Below, piece by piece: positions 43,875 to 64,000 of a stretch of 64,000 bases of DNA. The translations under genes and the position numbers were made by a program. Position 1 is the stretch's first letter. Every line of letters starts with the position of its first letter. Origin of the DNA: Salpingoeca rosetta (Eukaryota; Protista; Choanoflagellata); assembly GCA_033442325.1 (NCBI GenBank), contig JAWQFM010000004.1, forward strand, positions 183,510 to 247,509, written 5' to 3'. The notes under the pieces are model-generated. The model saw nothing but the letters and a program-made list of their open reading frames with translations. It made no database searches and had not been told where the DNA came from.

Positions 43875-44067
43875 CAACAACGACCACCACCACCGCCACC
43901 ACCCTCCTCACGCTTCTCCTCCGGCCATTGCTCAGTGCACCAGCGCTCCTCCCCGCACCGTCGCGAGCGGCGCGGCCCTTGCGAATGGCGAGCTCCATCA
44001 GGTACAGCATCAGGAACACCGTCAGCGATGCCGTCGCAATGCGCAGCCGCCCAAACGCAGAGTTCAT
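43483..44067 (-). CDS. Small single-pass membrane protein, FAM162/UPF0389-like C-terminal part; an upstream exon is apparently missing
   Basis: Two exons (about 44078-43959 and 43649-43483): MNSAFGRLRIATASLTVFLMLYLMELAIRKGRAARDG-GEECLYDTPTARSLQAKKRQWTREYELRKAIEEAERERAEKEQ...*. The TM followed by G(K/R)xA and a KK helix resembles FAM162. The first exon is preceded by a polypyrimidine tract and TTAACAG acceptor. Confidence 0.45.
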
Positions 44068-44227
44068 GGTTGCAAGGCTGTTAAGTGGTGGGAGAATGAA
44101 GGGAGGAGGAGGGTGAGGCGAAGGAGAGCAGATGAGCTTCAGCAACCACGAGTAGCAACGCAGTAGTGGAAGCAGGGCTGAAGCGAGCATGGCAAACACG
44201 GACACACACATTGTCACCACGCTTGTT

Positions 44228-44419
<192 letters not shown>

Positions 44420-44494
44420 ATGTATCCGCATGTGCGCACGCCTTTGCTGTTCCTCTCATCTGCCTCCCAAACACACACGTGCGCCCATGTCCAG

Positions 44495-49726
<5,232 letters not shown>

Positions 49727-49890
49727 CATGTCACTCACACACACTCACACACATCCACTCACACACACACACACACACACACACATCCACACACACTCAC
49801 TTGTTGGCGATTCATTAAAGATTTGGTTGAAGTTTCTGCAAACCCAAACAAAAGAAGCCACCACTGCCACAGCCAACCCCTTCCGCGACG

Positions 49891-60115
<10,225 letters not shown>

Positions 60116-60428
60116 TGGACACTAGAACGTGCTTCCCCACCCACGCCCAAAAACCATCCTCCTCCTCGCCTCGCTCGCTTATCGCTCGCTCTCGCTCTCA
60201 TGATTGGATGATTGTTGTAGCTGTTGCTTGTTTGTTATGAGAATCACACGCACGTACACCAGCCCAGTTTGGACGATTTGATGGTGATATCATGTAATTT
60301 TCGCCGGAACAAAGCCACAATCGCGCCCTTGCTCGCTCGCAACCCTTGCTTGCGGGTGTCATGTGCGTGATCAGCACAAGGACCACGTTGAAGGAGGTGG
60401 TTGGCTCTGTCTGTGAGCGTGTGCAAGG

Positions 60429-61033
60429 ATGATGATGCACGGGGTGTGCGCCGTGTACAAGCCACGTGGCATGACATCTGCCAAAACAGTGGCCATCATC
60501 AAACGAATCCTCCGCACGCACCAGGTGCGCATGACATGTGTTGTGTGTGTGTGAGGATGCAAGGGTGTGTGTGTGTGTGTGTGTATGTGTGTGTGTGCGT
60601 GTGTGTGCGTGTGTGTGAGGATGCAATGGTGCGTGTGTCTGTTGATGTTTGTTCGTCTCTGTGTATGTGTGTATATGTGTGTGTGTATGTGCGTGATGCG
60701 CACGTCTGTCTGTTCGTCTGCGTGTTTGTTTGTTCGTGTTTGGTGCATGACTTGCTGTGCTGACAACGACAGCATGGACAAACGCCCGCCGCACCATGCA
60801 GAAAGAAGCACTGGCAGCAGCACAGCAGCCACCAAACGCCGAGAACGAGCACACCTCTGCGCCACCAAAGCGGCTGAAGGTCGGGCACGGCGGAACTTTG
60901 GATCGGCTCGCAGAAGGCGTGCTTGTGATTGGTGTTGGGCATGGATGCAAGCATCTCAAGCACTTTCTCGGTGGAACGAAAGAGTACGTGGTACGTTCAT
61001 TTCCTCTATCCGTTGTGTGTGTGTGTGTGTGTG

Positions 61034-61081
<48 letters not shown>

Positions 61082-61328
61082 GTGTTTCTAAGTGCACGAA
61101 TAACATTTCAATCTGCAGAAAGAGAGACGTTCTCCACTGCGAAATTATCGTGCCCGTACATCTGTGCTACACCCTTCCATACAGCAAGCTAAGCATCTGG
61201 ATCCTCGCCGGCTTCGTACACTTGTAAGTTAGTTGCATGTTTTATAAGTGCGTGGCCACATATCTGGAATAGTGTCCGAAGGTCACTAAACGCAGGGTTC
61301 TCTCAAAATCAACGCAATGGGATGCGGA

Positions 61329-61367
<39 letters not shown>

Positions 61368-61635
61368 CTGCGTCGATGGGTGGAGCGCAGCTGCCCTCAA
61401 GCCAGAACGACCGGCGCCGCTTGCTCATCATCGTTCCTTCTTTGCTTCCTTGTTTGCTTCCCTGTGTTCGATGCCTGTGTTCAATAACTGCTGATCTGCG
61501 GCAAACACATAGGTGACGGCTGAATTGGGCAAGGAGACAGACACATACGACATGGACGGCGCCGTGACAGCCCGGTCCCCGTTCCAGCACATCTCCCTCG
61601 CGCAGACGTTGGTGCGTACAGAGCACTGATGTTGC

Positions 61636-61685
<50 letters not shown>

Positions 61686-62100
61686 TAATCAGATCACGGC
61701 ATGCATCATCTCTTGGCCAGTGCCTCAAGTGACAAAGCATTCATGCTCGATCGATCACAAAAACACACACAAACACAAACACACAATCGCACACACTTTC
61801 TCCTTTTTCACATCTCCCGCGCCTCATTGTGGTGCAGAGCGCATTGCATCAGTTCCGTGGACAGTTCATGCAGACACCACCGCTGTTCTCCGCCCTCAAA
61901 ATCCACGGAAAGCGATTGTCAGACTACACGCGCGCTGGCGTGCATGTGGAGCCACGCGCAAGGCTCGTGCACGTCACACAGCTTGACTTGTGCTATTTTG
62001 CTCCGCCAGAGGTGACGCTGCATATCGCTTGCAAGTCCGGTCTCTACGTGCGCAGCCTCGTCCATGATCTTGGAACAGGTATGCTAACAACTGTGGGACC

Positions 62101-62132
<32 letters not shown>

Positions 62133-62722
62133 TGTGCTGTGTTTTGTGTGTCTGTGTCTGTGTGATGTCTGTGTGTGTGTGTGTGTCTGTGTGTGCCTGT
62201 GTGATGTGTGTGTGTGTGTGTGTGTGTGTCCGTGTGTGCCTGTGGCTGTGTGTCTGTGTGACTGTCCCCCTGACGGTATCCTTCCTTGCTTTTTTCCTTT
62301 GCTACGCTCCCACCTGCTCAGCCCTCTCCTACACGTCAACACACTCTCACCCGCAACGCACAACGAACGCACGCTACACCACCTGCAGCCCTCGACAGCC
62401 ACGCGAGCGTGACCACGCTCATCAGGACGCGCGTAAACAACTTTGGTCTCTTGGATGCACTTCAGGTCTGGGATATGAGGTGGCTGTGTGTGTGTGTGTT
62501 GTGTTGTGTTGTGTTGTGTTGTGTTGTGTTGTGTTGTGTTGTCTTGTGTTGTGTTGTGTTGTGTTGTGTTGTGTTGTGTTGTGTGCTGCAATATGGCATG
62601 GTGCAATACTGTACTAACACGCTGCAACCTTATGCACGTGCTCTTGTCAGCCCGACAACTGGACGCCGCAGCACTTTGAACGTGCCTTCAGGCGTTATCC
62701 ACTTTCATTTGCCAAAGACTAG
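60429..62722 (+). CDS. TRUB1: TruB-family pseudouridine synthase
   Basis: [105 protein letters not shown]; stop TAG at 62720-62722. Confidence 0.93.
62496..62583. repeat. (GTGTT)n repeat in a TRUB1 intron
   Basis: Directly visible. Confidence 0.95.
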
Positions 62723-62727
62723 GACAG

Positions 62728-62796
<69 letters not shown>

Positions 62797-63633
62797 CTGT
62801 TTTGACAAGTCTTCCCACTCCTCTGTCACTCCTTCGACGCACATGAGATGCAATGGACCGTAATTTTCTTGCCACATGCATGATCAGACACCCACATCCT
62901 GCTGCGGTGTGCTCAACACCAGCATGATGCACGTGCTTATCGGTATTTAAGGCGCTCACGTCAACCACCATCATACCGGCATCAACCCAAAGTACAAGAG
63001 TCAATCAACCTTTACGTGAAACGCAAGCCACAGGAAGAACGGCACATCATGCACTGCCAACCCACATACCCCACGTACCAAAGTTGCTTTCATTGCTACG
63101 TTGTCACGACGTGTTGGTGGGGCCGCACAACATGTGTGAAGAGAGTCACGCATTCCCGAACCGTTTAAAAGAGTGGAGTCACATCACAACACAATACCAC
63201 CACAACACAATCGATACCAGCACAAGCTCAAAAAAGTCAGGAGGCAAACAAGATTGCAGCATTGATGCAATGTTATTTGTGCTAAATGCATTTAAACGCG
63301 CAAATGACATGAGACAAACTGCAACCATCAAAACAAGGATGGTTCAAAAGCAAAGAAGACAAGCACAAGCATGTGGTGTGACAACGGTGCATGTGTAAAT
63401 TGCGTGCAATACACAGCGAACATGCACCTCATGCACGCTGCTGCCGCTGCCACAGAACAAAGAGTAGACAGCGCGGTTCAGGAAGAGCGACGCTGACACA
63501 CGCCTATGGAGAGAGCACGGTGGCGCAATCGACACAAAAATGGCAACATGACACTGTGTCATCCACAGTGGACAGGCGTATATGTAACATGAAGAACATG
63601 GCGTATGTAACATGGAACAAAGCCATGAGTGGA

Positions 63634-64000
63634 TTAGCTTGGGGTGGAGGGGGTTGCTGGAACCGATAGGCTGGATTTGGTGGTGCGAGTCCCGCTGTTG
63701 TCGGACGAGTCAACACCGTTCTTCGAGGACAACACTTCAACTTTTTCTTGTTGCAGCATGTTTGCCAACTCGTCTGGATTCGCAACTACGCCCGAACCGG
63801 TGGTCACTGCAGCGGCTGTGGTTGGGGTGGTTGTGGTCGTGGTTGTGGTCGTGGTTGTGGTCGTGGTTGATGTCGCTGTTGTTGCTGTTGTCGCTGTTGT
63901 TGTTGTATCAACTGCAGTGGCTGTTGTTTTGGCCGTCGTCGTCGTCGTCGTTGCATCTGTCGTCGATCCCGTACTTGCAACATCAAGAATGGTCCCTTTT
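63634..64000 (-). CDS. 3' end of an unidentified gene with a Thr-rich low-complexity C-terminus (continues beyond the window)
   Basis: Open frame KGTILDVASTGSTTDATTTTTTAKTT...NPDELANMLQQEKVEVLSSKNGVDSS...PATPSTPS*, ending at TAA 63636-63634. Confidence 0.55.
   Translation of the reverse strand, partial: KGTILDVASTGSTTDATTTTTTAKTTATAVDTTTTATTATTATSTTTTTTTTTTTTTTPTTAAAVTTGSGVVANPDELANMLQQEKVEVLSSKNGVDSSDNSGTRTTKSSLSVPATPSTPS

Overview
Intron-rich, GC-rich eukaryotic DNA in which most introns carry (CA)n/(GT)n microsatellites. Style and gene content point to a choanoflagellate such as Salpingoeca rosetta (inference, not verified). Most long HT/VC-repeat ORFs in the track are intronic microsatellite artefacts. 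Splicing exons by hand at GT-AG sites gives about 14 gene segments: BROMI/TBC1D32 (5' end outside the window), coatomer zeta, queuosine salvage hydrolase QNG1, PEX14, a roughly 4,300-aa receptor tyrosine phosphatase, COMMD10, an HPS5/TECPR2-like propeller protein, the N-terminal part of arginyl-tRNA synthetase running straight into the WD40 part of LIS1, a FAM162-like small membrane protein, an oxidosqualene cyclase (lanosterol type), rabankyrin-5/ANKFY1, TruB1, and the Thr-rich 3' end of one more gene. There are four N gaps. The standout is the giant receptor PTP. Its ectodomain has TNFR-like Cys repeats, a TMEM132-like region, then a cellulosome-type cohesin-like domain and a dockerin separated by two RRRR|S furin-type sites, followed by about 9 FN3 repeats, a TM helix and tandem PTP domains. 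This suggests a cleaved receptor held together by a Ca2+-dependent cohesin-dockerin clasp. Three apparent junctions at microsatellites (ArgRS-LIS1 chimera, missing 5' exons of the FAM162-like/LSS pair, missing BTB core of ANKFY1) are probably assembly collapses but need checking.
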